DNA of 32,000 bases, taken from Kiritimatiella glycovorans (GTDB lineage Bacteria; Verrucomicrobiota; Kiritimatiellia; Kiritimatiellales; Kiritimatiellaceae). Each line of letters opens with the position of its first letter. Position 1 is the stretch's first letter. The DNA lies in NCBI RefSeq assembly GCF_001017655.1, contig NZ_CP010904.1, positions 1,620,001 to 1,652,000 on the forward strand, written 5' to 3'. Of this stretch, positions 15,282 to 24,129 are shown one piece after another. The notes below the pieces were generated by a model that saw only the letters and a list, made by a program, of their open reading frames with translations, was not told the origin of the DNA and did not search any database. Made by a program: the position numbers and the translations under genes.

Positions 15282-16028
15282 TCAGAAGGCGTAACTGATG
15301 CCGACCAGACCGTACGTATCCACGTCGTAGGCCCCCTTCCCGTCGGGGAGTACGTCGTCGTCGAGCTGGCCCACGTAGGTCAGCGAGCAGTGGATTTCCG
15401 CCGCCTCGCTGAGCGCATAGCCCAGGCCGATCGTTCCCGAGGCGTGGGAGAACCCGTCGGGACCCGCATCGGCCTCCAGATATCCGACCGCGCCGCCGAG
15501 CGACAGGCTCAGCGCCTCGGTGAGGGCCATCCCGTAGTCGAGCGTACCCTCGACGTAGACGTTGTCTTCGATCCCGCCGTCCACGCCGTAGTACACCCCG
15601 AGACCGGGCGTGACGCCCGTGTCCGCCACCTCTTTCGCCACGGTCAGACCGAACTCGCGGTCATGATCCAATCCGCTCGACGGATAGGTGTACTCCGTAT
15701 AACCGAGGGCCAGGTCGACGACCTCCAGCGGGAACGCGATCGAACCGTAGAAGTCCCACTCCTGGAACTGCCCGTCCTCCACGATCCCGTCGTAGTCGTC
15801 GATGTCGAGATTGCCCCAGGCTCCGAGCGACACCTCCGCTTCCCCGATCATCAGTCCGCCGACCTCCATATACGGCTGCAGGACGAACCCGTCGTTAAAC
15901 GTCGCCCCGCGAAACACGTACGCCGAGGCCGCATCCACGCCCACGGTCGCCTCCGCCGCGTGCGTTGCGCCTGCCGCCGCGAGCCCCAACACTACCACCG
16001 CCGCCGTCATCACTTCTCTCATCTTCAT
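15282..16028 (-). CDS. TorF-family (TIGR02001-like) putative outer-membrane porin
   Basis: A signal peptide ends ...AAAGATHAAEA. The pattern SAYVFRGATFND ... QEWDFYGSIAF and the C-terminal ...VGISYAF are typical of this beta-barrel family. The family assignment is from memory. Confidence 0.7.
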   Translation of the reverse strand: MKMREVMTAAVVVLGLAAAGATHAAEATVGVDAASAYVFRGATFNDGFVLQPYMEVGGLMIGEAEVSLGAWGNLDIDDYDGIVEDGQFQEWDFYGSIAFPLEVVDLALGYTEYTYPSSGLDHDREFGLTVAKEVADTGVTPGLGVYYGVDGGIEDNVYVEGTLDYGMALTEALSLSLGGAVGYLEADAGPDGFSHASGTIGLGYALSEAAEIHCSLTYVGQLDDDVLPDGKGAYDVDTYGLVGISYAF

Positions 16029-16103
16029 TTCCAGTCCTCCCTTTCGTCCGGATCGACCGTTCGTTCCCCGCCCGGCCCGGACCTGCCGGGCGGGGATGCC
16101 TCC

Positions 16104-16445
16104 TCAACCTATGCCCTGAGTTCCGTTCTCCCCCGTGCGGATGCGGATGCAGTCCTGCAGATCCAGCACGAAGATCTTCCCGTCGCCGATGCTCCCCGTC
16201 CTGGCGCCGCTCACGATCGCCTCGACCGTCCGTTCAAGGAACTCGTCGTTGATCGCGATTTCGATGCGCACCTTCTTGAGCAGGTTCACCTCGATCTCCG
16301 CGCCGCGGTAGGTCTCGTGGTAGCCCTTCTGCTGACCGCACCCGAGGGCGTTGGTCACGGACATCTTGAACACCTCCGCCTCGTACAGCGCCTGCTTCAC
16401 CGGGGTCAGCCGTTCCGGCTGGATGAAAGCAATGACCAGTTTCAT
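16104..16445 (-). CDS. glnK: Nitrogen regulatory protein P-II (GlnK type, linked to amtB)
   Basis: [20 protein letters not shown]...T-loop [14 protein letters not shown]...[10 protein letters not shown] is a canonical 112-aa PII sequence. An AAGGAGG Shine-Dalgarno is present. Confidence 0.95.
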   Translation of the reverse strand: MKLVIAFIQPERLTPVKQALYEAEVFKMSVTNALGCGQQKGYHETYRGAEIEVNLLKKVRIEIAINDEFLERTVEAIVSGARTGSIGDGKIFVLDLQDCIRIRTGENGTQGIG

Positions 16446-16507
16446 GGTTGTCCTCCTTGTTTATCCGGCGGCGCCCCTGCGCCGCCCTGCACTCTTACCG
16501 GGATCCG

Positions 16508-17890
16508 TTACTGCGTGGTGAAGAACTGGAACCCGCTGTAGGCTTCCATTCCGTGCTCGCCGATATCGAGCCCGCGCAGTTCCTCCTCTTCACTGACCCT
16601 GAGACCGATGGTCTTCCTGATGACCGTGAACAGGACCAGCCCCGTTCCGAAGGCCCAGACGAAGCCCGCGCCGGCGCCGATGAGCTGACTCACGAGCTGA
16701 CTGAAGCCGCCGCCGTAGAACAGCCCGCTGTTCGCCTCGCCGATACCGAGCACGGCCTCGGCGTTGAACAGCCCGCAGCTCAGGGTTCCCCACAGACCGC
16801 AGACCCCGTGCACGCTGATCGCACCGACCGGGTCGTCGATCCGCAGCACGCGGTCGAAAAACAGCACGCTGAACACCACGAGGACTCCCGCGATCACGCC
16901 GATCAGGATCGAAGCCAACGGCGTAACGGTGTAGCAGGGCGCGGTGATCGCCACCAGGCCCGCAAGCGCACCGTTCAGGGCCATGGAAGCATCCGCATTC
17001 TTCAGGACCTTCCACGAAGTCAGCATGGCCGCTACCGCACCGGCCGCCGCCGCCAGGTTCGTGGTCACCGCCACGCGCCCGATTTCGCCGTCGCCGGTGG
17101 TGGTGCTGCCGGGATTGAACCCGAACCATCCGAACCACAGGATGAACACACCCAGCGCCGCAAGCGGGATGGAGTGCCCCGGGATCGCCCGCGGACTCCG
17201 GTCCTTCGCGTATTTACCGATCCTGGGACCCAGCACGATCGCCCCCGCCAGCGCGAGCCATCCGCCCACGGAGTGGACGACCGTCGAGCCCGCGAAATCA
17301 CAGAACGCACCCGTACCCAGATTCTCAAGCCATCCCGCGCCTTCGGCGATGAACAGCGAACCCCACGCCCATTTTCCGAACACCGGGTAAATGAACAGAC
17401 AGATCATCAGACTGTAGGCCAGATAACCGGTGAATTTCGTCCGCTCCGCCATCGCCCCGGAAACGATCGTAGCCGCCGTGGCCGCAAATACGGTCTGGAA
17501 GATCAAAAAAGTATACCCCCAGGCCGTTCCGCCCTCCGAACCGACGATGCCCCCCATGCCGAACAGGCTGCCGCCGAAGACGCCGTTGCCGGTCGCCCCG
17601 AACATCAACCCGAATCCCACCAGGAAGAACGCCAGCGATCCGATGGAAAAATCCATCAGATTCTTCATCAGGATGTTCACCGCGTTCTTGGCGCGAGTGA
17701 ACCCGGCCTCGACCATCGCGAAACCGGCCTGCATGAAGAACACCATGACCGCCGCCACCAGCGTCCAGACCACGTTCACGTTGTGCTGCACCTCCGCGGC
17801 CGCCTCCGCTTCCCCCGCAGCCCACGCCGGGGCCGCAGCCAGAAGCGCCGGGATCAGCAGCCTCCATCTTCGCCCATTCCTTCTCCTCAT
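16508..17890 (-). CDS. amtB: Ammonium transporter AmtB
   Basis: VWTLVAAVMVFFMQAGFAMVEAGFTRAKN...DFAGSTVVHSVGG...GAISVHGVCGLWGTL carries the Amt signature motifs. I chose the start at ATG 17890, 6 nt after AGGAGG, instead of the ORF-track 17968. Confidence 0.95.
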   Translation of the reverse strand: MRRRNGRRWRLLIPALLAAAPAWAAGEAEAAAEVQHNVNVVWTLVAAVMVFFMQAGFAMVEAGFTRAKNAVNILMKNLMDFSIGSLAFFLVGFGLMFGATGNGVFGGSLFGMGGIVGSEGGTAWGYTFLIFQTVFAATAATIVSGAMAERTKFTGYLAYSLMICLFIYPVFGKWAWGSLFIAEGAGWLENLGTGAFCDFAGSTVVHSVGGWLALAGAIVLGPRIGKYAKDRSPRAIPGHSIPLAALGVFILWFGWFGFNPGSTTTGDGEIGRVAVTTNLAAAAGAVAAMLTSWKVLKNADASMALNGALAGLVAITAPCYTVTPLASILIGVIAGVLVVFSVLFFDRVLRIDDPVGAISVHGVCGLWGTLSCGLFNAEAVLGIGEANSGLFYGGGFSQLVSQLIGAGAGFVWAFGTGLVLFTVIRKTIGLRVSEEEELRGLDIGEHGMEAYSGFQFFTTQ

Positions 17891-17947
17891 CGCACACCTC
17901 CTGTGCCTTCCGTTTATGTCCGCACCCGCGAACTGCGATAAACCCCT

Positions 17948-17963
17948 TGCATCCCGCATGCCA
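17948..17963 (-). promoter_or_regulatory. Sigma-54 (-24/-12) promoter upstream of amtB
   Basis: The minus strand reads TGGCATG-CGGG-ATGCA against the consensus TGGCACG-N4-TTGCW. The GG-N10-GC spacing is correct. The element is 58-73 nt upstream of the amtB ATG. Confidence 0.6.
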
Positions 17964-18188
17964 AACACGAATACAGCGCGGAGTGATATTTGTTAATAGT
18001 TCACCGTTAGTAATTTATAGATCCTTTTAATGATGCGGACGCGATTAACGCCGATCGATTGAAGTTACAATTATGTTTATAGCATCGAGCTTGTTACATT
18101 TATGGGCATTTATGATAGATTGAAGGGGGCGACCGGATCGTGTACATCGGAGGAGGCGGGGGCGCACGTTACGCAGGGAGGTTGATGG

Positions 18189-19661
18189 ATGAAAAAAGAG
18201 AAGCGCATACTCCAGTCGGCGCTTGCAGGGACCTGGTATCCCGCCGGGGCCAGCGAGCTCGAAGCGATGATCGAGTCCTGCATATGCAGGGCGGGGGGCG
18301 CACCCGTGGAGGGACCGGTCCGCGCCCTGCTGCTGCCGCACGCCGGATACCCTTATTCGGGGGCCGTGGCGGCGGCGGGCCTCAGGGCGGTCCGGGGAGG
18401 CGAGTACCGGCGGGTCGTCATCATCGGCCCCTCGCACCAGACCCCGCTGGCGGGATCAATCAGCGTGCCGGACGCCACCCATTACGAGACTCCGCTCGGG
18501 CGGATCCCTCTGGACACGCGCGTGATCGGGGCGCTTCGGGAACACCCCGAGGTGACCTCGCGCGAAGAAGCGCATGCCGCGGAGCACAGCGTCCAGATCC
18601 AGGTTCCTCTTCTGCAGTATGCCCTGAAGGATTTTTCGCTGGTGCCGATCCTTGCGGGGCGGCTGGACGCCGCCTCGGCGCGCAGGGTGGCCGCGCGGAT
18701 CGCGCCTCATCTCGATGAGCACACGCTTCTGGTGATCAGTTCCGATTTCACGCATTACGGCCCCGGATTCGGGTACACGCCCTTTCACCGCGAAATTCAG
18801 GAACGGCTGCGCGAACTGGATATGGGGGCGTTTGAGAAGATCCGCGCGGTTGATCTCGAGGGCTGGTTCTCCTATATCGACGAGACCGGCGCCACCATCT
18901 GCGGGCGCGACCCGGTGGCTGTGCTCCTGGCGCTGCTCGGACCCGGCGACACGGTGGAGCTGATCGAATACGACACTTCGGGCCGGATCACGGGTGAGAC
19001 GGATCATTCGGTGAGCTACGTCAGTGCGGCCGTTCCGGGCCGCTGGCCGGAGCGGGAGGGTGCCGGGCGGAAAGCCGAAGCGCAGGAAGACGGCCGCGGG
19101 TCCGCGACTCCGGGCACGCGGGAGAGGATGGAACTGCTGACCCTCGCGCGAAAAAGCATCGAGTACTTCATGGAGCGGCAAAGGATCCCGGAACCCGAAG
19201 ACCTCGGAATGGAACTGAGCCGCGATCTGAGGCGGAAAGCAGGCGCATTCGTCACGCTGCACCTCGGGGGCCGGCTCCGGGGCTGCATCGGTGAAATCAT
19301 GCCGCGCAGGGAGGTCTTCCGCGTGGTCCTCGAACGCGCGGTCGATGCCGCCGTGCATGATTACCGCTTCCCGCCGCTGACTTCGGATGAGCTTGATCGG
19401 ACGGAGATCGAGATTTCGGTGCTCACACCGCCGCAGCCGGTCGACGACTGGAAGGAGATCGAACTCGGCCGTCACGGGATCATTCTCGAGAAGGAGGGTC
19501 ACAGCGCCGTATTTCTGCCCCAAGTGGCCGCCGAACAGGGCTGGGATCTTGAAGAGACCCTCGATCACCTCGCCTCCAAGGCGGGACTTCCGCCCGGGGC
19601 CTGGCGCGGGAACACGCGCTTCAGGGTTTTTGAAGCGATCGTGTTCGGCGAGGAACGGTAG
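18189..19661 (+). CDS. Fusion of a MEMO1-like domain (AmmeMemoRadiSam system protein B) and an AMMECR1 domain (system protein A)
   Basis: The N-terminal half has LAGTWYPAG...LLPHAGYPYSG...VIIGPSH...EHSVQIQVPLLQ. The C-terminal half has GAFVTLHLGGRLRGCIGEI...YRFPPL...EISVLTPP...GRHGIILEKEGHSAVFLPQVA. An AGGGAGG Shine-Dalgarno lies 7 nt upstream. Confidence 0.85.
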   Translation: MKKEKRILQSALAGTWYPAGASELEAMIESCICRAGGAPVEGPVRALLLPHAGYPYSGAVAAAGLRAVRGGEYRRVVIIGPSHQTPLAGSISVPDATHYETPLGRIPLDTRVIGALREHPEVTSREEAHAAEHSVQIQVPLLQYALKDFSLVPILAGRLDAASARRVAARIAPHLDEHTLLVISSDFTHYGPGFGYTPFHREIQERLRELDMGAFEKIRAVDLEGWFSYIDETGATICGRDPVAVLLALLGPGDTVELIEYDTSGRITGETDHSVSYVSAAVPGRWPEREGAGRKAEAQEDGRGSATPGTRERMELLTLARKSIEYFMERQRIPEPEDLGMELSRDLRRKAGAFVTLHLGGRLRGCIGEIMPRREVFRVVLERAVDAAVHDYRFPPLTSDELDRTEIEISVLTPPQPVDDWKEIELGRHGIILEKEGHSAVFLPQVAAEQGWDLEETLDHLASKAGLPPGAWRGNTRFRVFEAIVFGEER

Positions 19662-19672
19662 GGCAGGAATGC

Positions 19673-20443
19673 GGCGCGTTCGGAGACCGCGCCCTACCCG
19701 AAGATGCGGAACGTTTCATCCACACCCTGGAGGGACGGGTTCCACCCCGTCCACTGGATCCCCGGTCGGCGTGGCAGCCGACCCTCCACTCCGGCGGGGA
19801 CGGCGCGTTCGGAGACCGCGCCCTACCCGAAGATGCGGAACGTTTCATCCACACCCTGGAGGGACGGGTTCCACCCCGTCCACTGGATCCCCGGTCGGCG
19901 TGGCAGCCGACCCTCCACTCCGGCGAGGACGGCGCGTTCGGAGACCGCGCCCTGCCCCAAAATGCGGAGGGTTTCATCCGCACCCTGGAGGGACGGGTTC
20001 CACCCCGTCCACTGGATCCCCGGTCGGCGTGGCAGCCGACCCTCCACTCCGGCGGGGACGGCGCGTTCGGAGACCGCGCCCTGCCCCAAAATGCGGAGAG
20101 TCTCATCCGCACCCTGGAGGGACGGGTTCCACCCCGTCCACTGGATCCCCGGTCGGCGTGGCAGCCGACCCTCCACTCCGGCGGGGACGGCGCGTTCGGA
20201 GACCGCGCCCTACCCGAAATGCGGAACGTTTCATCCGCACCCTGGAGGGACGGGTTCCACCCCGTCCATTGCATTCCCGGTCGGCGTGGCAGCCGACCCT
20301 CCACACCGGCGGTGACGGCGCGTTCGGAGACCGCGCCCTGCCCGAAATGCGGAGAGTCTCATCCGCACCCTGGAGGGACGGGTTCCACCCCGTCCACTGG
20401 ATCCCCGGTCGGCGTGGCAGCCGACCCTCCACACCGGCGGGGA
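19673..20443. repeat. Tandem array of six ~129-bp units, each built of four GC-rich stem-loops
   Basis: Units start at 19673, 19802, 19931, 20060, 20189 and 20317. The stems GGCGCG/CGCGCC, GGACGGG/CCCGTCC and GGTCGGC/GCCGACC are conserved. Confidence 0.95.
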
Positions 20444-20458
20444 TGCTCGAGCGGGGGA

Positions 20459-23400
20459 TTACGGGTCCACGACGCGAACGCGGTAGAAACCCGCGCGGGC
20501 GTCGACGTCCGCGTCGATGACCGAGTTCGACGGGGGCGTGGCGGCCATGCGCGCTGCCAGCGTCTGCGTAAAACCCGCTTCGAGACGGGTCGCCTTTTCG
20601 ACCGCGTAATACCGCCCGCCTTCACTGGTCCAACGGATGCGGAACCCGTCTCCATCCGCGTCCGGAGCCGAACGCATGCGCAAGCGGGATGAGCTGTTCC
20701 TCGGATCCGTGCCGGCGGCGTATTCCTGCTCCGCCGTAAACCCGTCGCCGTCCGTATCCCCGGCCGCCCACTGCAGGTAATTGGTGCAGGCTGCGCCGTA
20801 GTGTCGGTCGAGCCAGTCGTCGAGCTTAACGTTTCCCGTGCTGCGCGCGCTGGTCAGGACGATCGAAATATAGCGCTCGAAGCTGCCGATGCTGATCTCG
20901 ACTCGATCGCCCGACGCTTGGGCCACGTCCAGATCGACCGAACCGTCCGGGGTGTAAGCCTGAACGGACAGCGGTTCCTCCGCCAGCCAGGCGGGAAGCC
21001 GCACCTTAAAGGACGCCGGCTCGGTCGGCGTGATCACGTCGGTGTCTACATCGATGTCGGTATTGTAGAGGTCGATAAAATAACGTCGTTCCGGCATGTC
21101 ATGATGCACGGAGATGCCCAGGGTGAACGGCTCGTCGACCGCATCCTGCACGACCGGGAAGTCGTCGCCGAGACCGAACCGGCCGATGGCGTCGCGGAAG
21201 GAATCGAGCATGGACGGCCGCGACTCGGTGGCGCAGAAGAAATCGTACCCGATCGTATCTTTCAGGAAGAGCACCTGCCCGGCCCCGACGGCCGTCAAAC
21301 GCTCTTCCGGCGCACTGCCGTAATCGGAGACGCCGGTGAGCGACGCAAGCGAGAGATCGGCCATCGTCTCGAACCAGCCGCTCTCTCCCCGGCGCTGCCC
21401 GGAGGGTCCGGTCACGATCAGGTTGCCGCCGTCCTCCACCCAGGCGGTGAGTTCGCTCACCCGCGACGGATCGAAGACCTCCACGTTCGGAACGATCAGG
21501 ACGGTGAGATCCCCGAGGTTTTCCTCCGTGAGTTTCCACTCGGGTACGACGCGGTAGTGGTAGCGGTTCCAGTCGAGTGCCGTGCCCCATCCCCAGTGCG
21601 CGAACATGTGCGGCTGACCGTTGTCGTGCATATTCCCGGGCAGGATATTGAGCAGCTGATCGGACGAGGAAAAGAAGAGGCCGACCTGCTCGACGGGAGC
21701 ACGCGCCCCGTGGATATCCTCTACGGCCTCACAGAAATCAAAAAAGGCGCGCACCTCGGCTTCGGTGCCGGCGACCTTGGCCGAATCGGGCTGCACGCGC
21801 GGCAGGGTGTTGTGCGCGAGGCCCTGGTAGTGCAGGATATCGGCCATATTATCGGTCTTGGGAAGCGGTTCATCGTTCTCGTCGTAGTAGACCGGCATGT
21901 AGTACCAGACGTAAAACTTGCGGCTGCGGCTGTGGGCGAGGCCCATCTTATGATGCGGCACGTAGCTCCCGTACGGCGGGGGGCGGAAGCCCAGCCCCTC
22001 GTGCATGCCTCCGGTCGCGAGTCCGAACGTCCAGGTCAGCTCGGGGAACGCAGTATCCAGCTCGGTGCGGGCGAAGCCCATATTGATCTGAAGGTCGTTG
22101 CCGGCGATCCAGAAGTCGGGTTTTCCGTACTCGTTGGCGATATCCTTGATGAGGTGGTAGGCGCGGTCGAGCGCGGCGCCCGCCTCCTGCCGCAGGTAGA
22201 TTTTGTAAACACGCCACAGCTTTTCATCGCGCCAGCGGGCGTCGCGCCACGTCCGGTCCGATTCGTTCACGGGATTGCCGCCGAAGGAACGGCAGGTCTC
22301 GCGCAACCAGCCGCGGATGTCGAAACTCTCCACGTCGGCGACGCCCATCGCGTTCAGCTCACCGGCCGAAAAATGTTCCGCGAGGTAGTCGCGGAACAGT
22401 GCGACCGACCACTCCCCGAAGGCCTTGTTGATCGGCTTCGATCCGAAGAAGTCGAACGAACTCCAGTTGTCGACCCAAAGCCCGTCGAAGCCTTCGTCGA
22501 GAAGCTGGCGCAGACAGCCGTCGAGATACACCTCCCACGTCGGACACATCGGGTCTTTAAGCACGTGCACCGTAAGGGCGACCGAATTGGTGGGATCGTC
22601 GGGATCGGGCAGATAGCCGGGTTTTAATCGGCCTTCGTCGTCCCACGCGTAAGGGATCACATTCGTCGAACTGGTATAGCCCGTTATGGCGCGGTTGCTG
22701 TTCACGCTCTTCGCACAGGTGGCATCGTAAAAGCGCAGCAGGCGCGGGTCTTCGGGGCCGGTATGCCAGGACTCGACCGTGTCGAGATAGCCCGTGGCCA
22801 CCGTTCCGTCGGGGTAGCGGACGATATGGTCCGTGCCGTATTCCGGGTGGATCCGCGTATAGGGCCGCGCGAAATCATCGTCTTCAAAGTAGTTCGGCGC
22901 ACCGATCCACACGACCTCGCCCTCCGGCTCGTAGCCGTTCCACGCCCAGGAATTGCGGAAGATGCGGGTGCATTCGGGATCGTCCTCGCGTTTGATCCAC
23001 TCGCCGAACTCGTTCGTGCGCACTTCGGCATGATAGCCATGCGAGGTACCGAACGCCTCGATCCAGCCGATCCTGCGCATTTCGGTATCGGCAATCGCCT
23101 CCCAGCCCAGTCCGTTTTCACAGCGCAGGAAGGCGGTGCGCAGAGCGAAGGATCCCCACATCGGGTCGCTTCCCCCGGTGGTCATGGCGGCACTCGCATT
23201 GGCGTTCGTCGCCTGGTAGAAGCGATGAAACTCCCCCATGCGCAGCAGCTCGTCCCACCAGGGGTGCAGGTGATCGGCCGGCGAGGCCGTGTTGTAGGCG
23301 AGGCGGTAGACGAGGTTGGAGGGCAGCACGTCGTTCCACAGCGCCACGTCGTCCATCCACCCCGTCCAACAGGTAGGGTTCGCCTGGAAGCTCCCCCCGA

Positions 23401-24007
23401 TCCGCCAGGCGTGATCGAAGGGGTAGCCGGGCTGAACGGGGGCGGTGGAGACCTCGCGCCCGTTGAGATAGAACGTGACGTTGGATCCGTGGCAGTTGAG
23501 CGCGACGTGCATCCATTCCCCGTAGGGCACGATGCCGTGCGGCGTATTGGCCTCGCCGGAAACGCCTTCCACGGTCCTTGATCCCGCATGGATGGAGCGG
23601 GTGTCGTGATTCCAGGCGTTGACCCAGAACCAGACGCCCTCCGAGGCGGCGCGGTTAGCCAGGATCATCCGCCCCCCGGCGGTATTGGTGTAGCCCGCGG
23701 GCACCTTCAGCCAGCATGTGAGCGCATAGCGGCCGGCCAGTTCGGTGACGTCGGGGATCTCCACGTACCGCTCGTCGAACGACTCACTGAAAAAAAGCGA
23801 CTGTCCCTCACCCAGCGCCTCGGGAACGTCGGACGAAAACGAAACGTTGGTCGGAATCCCGTCGTACCCGCGCGTTCCGGCGTCTGCGCAATTCCCGTCG
23901 AACGGATACCAGGCCACCACGCGCGGCGAAGCCCCGCACATGACGCATCCCAGCACCAGCGCTAACACCGCGCCCGTTATCACGCAACTCGCAGATCGTG
24001 TCTTCAT
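20459..24007 (-). CDS. Large exported LamG-domain / glycoside-hydrolase-like protein with a C-terminal DGDG (thrombospondin type-3-like) region
   Basis: It has a signal peptide with a possible lipobox (LVLGC). The LamG-like N-terminus includes WYPFDGN...LTCWLK...WMHVAL...WMDDVALWN. The central region contains FDGLWVDNWS, and there is a GH42-middle-like LIVPNVEVFD...WVEDGGNLIVTG. The C-terminus has TDGDGFTAEQEYAAGTDP. The specific activity is unknown. Confidence 0.75.
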   Translation of the reverse strand: MKTRSASCVITGAVLALVLGCVMCGASPRVVAWYPFDGNCADAGTRGYDGIPTNVSFSSDVPEALGEGQSLFFSESFDERYVEIPDVTELAGRYALTCWLKVPAGYTNTAGGRMILANRAASEGVWFWVNAWNHDTRSIHAGSRTVEGVSGEANTPHGIVPYGEWMHVALNCHGSNVTFYLNGREVSTAPVQPGYPFDHAWRIGGSFQANPTCWTGWMDDVALWNDVLPSNLVYRLAYNTASPADHLHPWWDELLRMGEFHRFYQATNANASAAMTTGGSDPMWGSFALRTAFLRCENGLGWEAIADTEMRRIGWIEAFGTSHGYHAEVRTNEFGEWIKREDDPECTRIFRNSWAWNGYEPEGEVVWIGAPNYFEDDDFARPYTRIHPEYGTDHIVRYPDGTVATGYLDTVESWHTGPEDPRLLRFYDATCAKSVNSNRAITGYTSSTNVIPYAWDDEGRLKPGYLPDPDDPTNSVALTVHVLKDPMCPTWEVYLDGCLRQLLDEGFDGLWVDNWSSFDFFGSKPINKAFGEWSVALFRDYLAEHFSAGELNAMGVADVESFDIRGWLRETCRSFGGNPVNESDRTWRDARWRDEKLWRVYKIYLRQEAGAALDRAYHLIKDIANEYGKPDFWIAGNDLQINMGFARTELDTAFPELTWTFGLATGGMHEGLGFRPPPYGSYVPHHKMGLAHSRSRKFYVWYYMPVYYDENDEPLPKTDNMADILHYQGLAHNTLPRVQPDSAKVAGTEAEVRAFFDFCEAVEDIHGARAPVEQVGLFFSSSDQLLNILPGNMHDNGQPHMFAHWGWGTALDWNRYHYRVVPEWKLTEENLGDLTVLIVPNVEVFDPSRVSELTAWVEDGGNLIVTGPSGQRRGESGWFETMADLSLASLTGVSDYGSAPEERLTAVGAGQVLFLKDTIGYDFFCATESRPSMLDSFRDAIGRFGLGDDFPVVQDAVDEPFTLGISVHHDMPERRYFIDLYNTDIDVDTDVITPTEPASFKVRLPAWLAEEPLSVQAYTPDGSVDLDVAQASGDRVEISIGSFERYISIVLTSARSTGNVKLDDWLDRHYGAACTNYLQWAAGDTDGDGFTAEQEYAAGTDPRNSSSRLRMRSAPDADGDGFRIRWTSEGGRYYAVEKATRLEAGFTQTLAARMAATPPSNSVIDADVDARAGFYRVRVVDP

Positions 24008-24129
24008 GCCCTTCGCCCCCCTGACGCCATCCTTTCGGACGCTAGCATGCCTTTCGCTTTGTTTCTATCAAAAACGAGCGCCCCCGTTTTGCAGGAGTTC
24101 CGCTGACAAACCCTGCGGGTTCCGCTAGC

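Noticed and set aside
19673-20443. Possibility that the regularly spaced repeats are a CRISPR array.
   Set aside because: The entire 129-bp unit is repeated with about 90 percent or higher identity, so there are no unique spacers. The unit length is wrong for CRISPR repeats, and no cas genes or leader are present in the window.
19387-20520. ORFs in several frames and on both strands run through the tandem array, for example 377 aa on the plus strand and 227 aa on the minus strand. They could be read as a repeat protein, since 129 bp equals 43 codons.
   Set aside because: Nearly all six frames are open simultaneously. There is no SD/start context, the translations are Arg/Pro/Gly-rich nonsense, and the last unit is 128 bp and breaks the frame. 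The 377-aa ORF begins inside the Memo-AMMECR1 gene in another frame.
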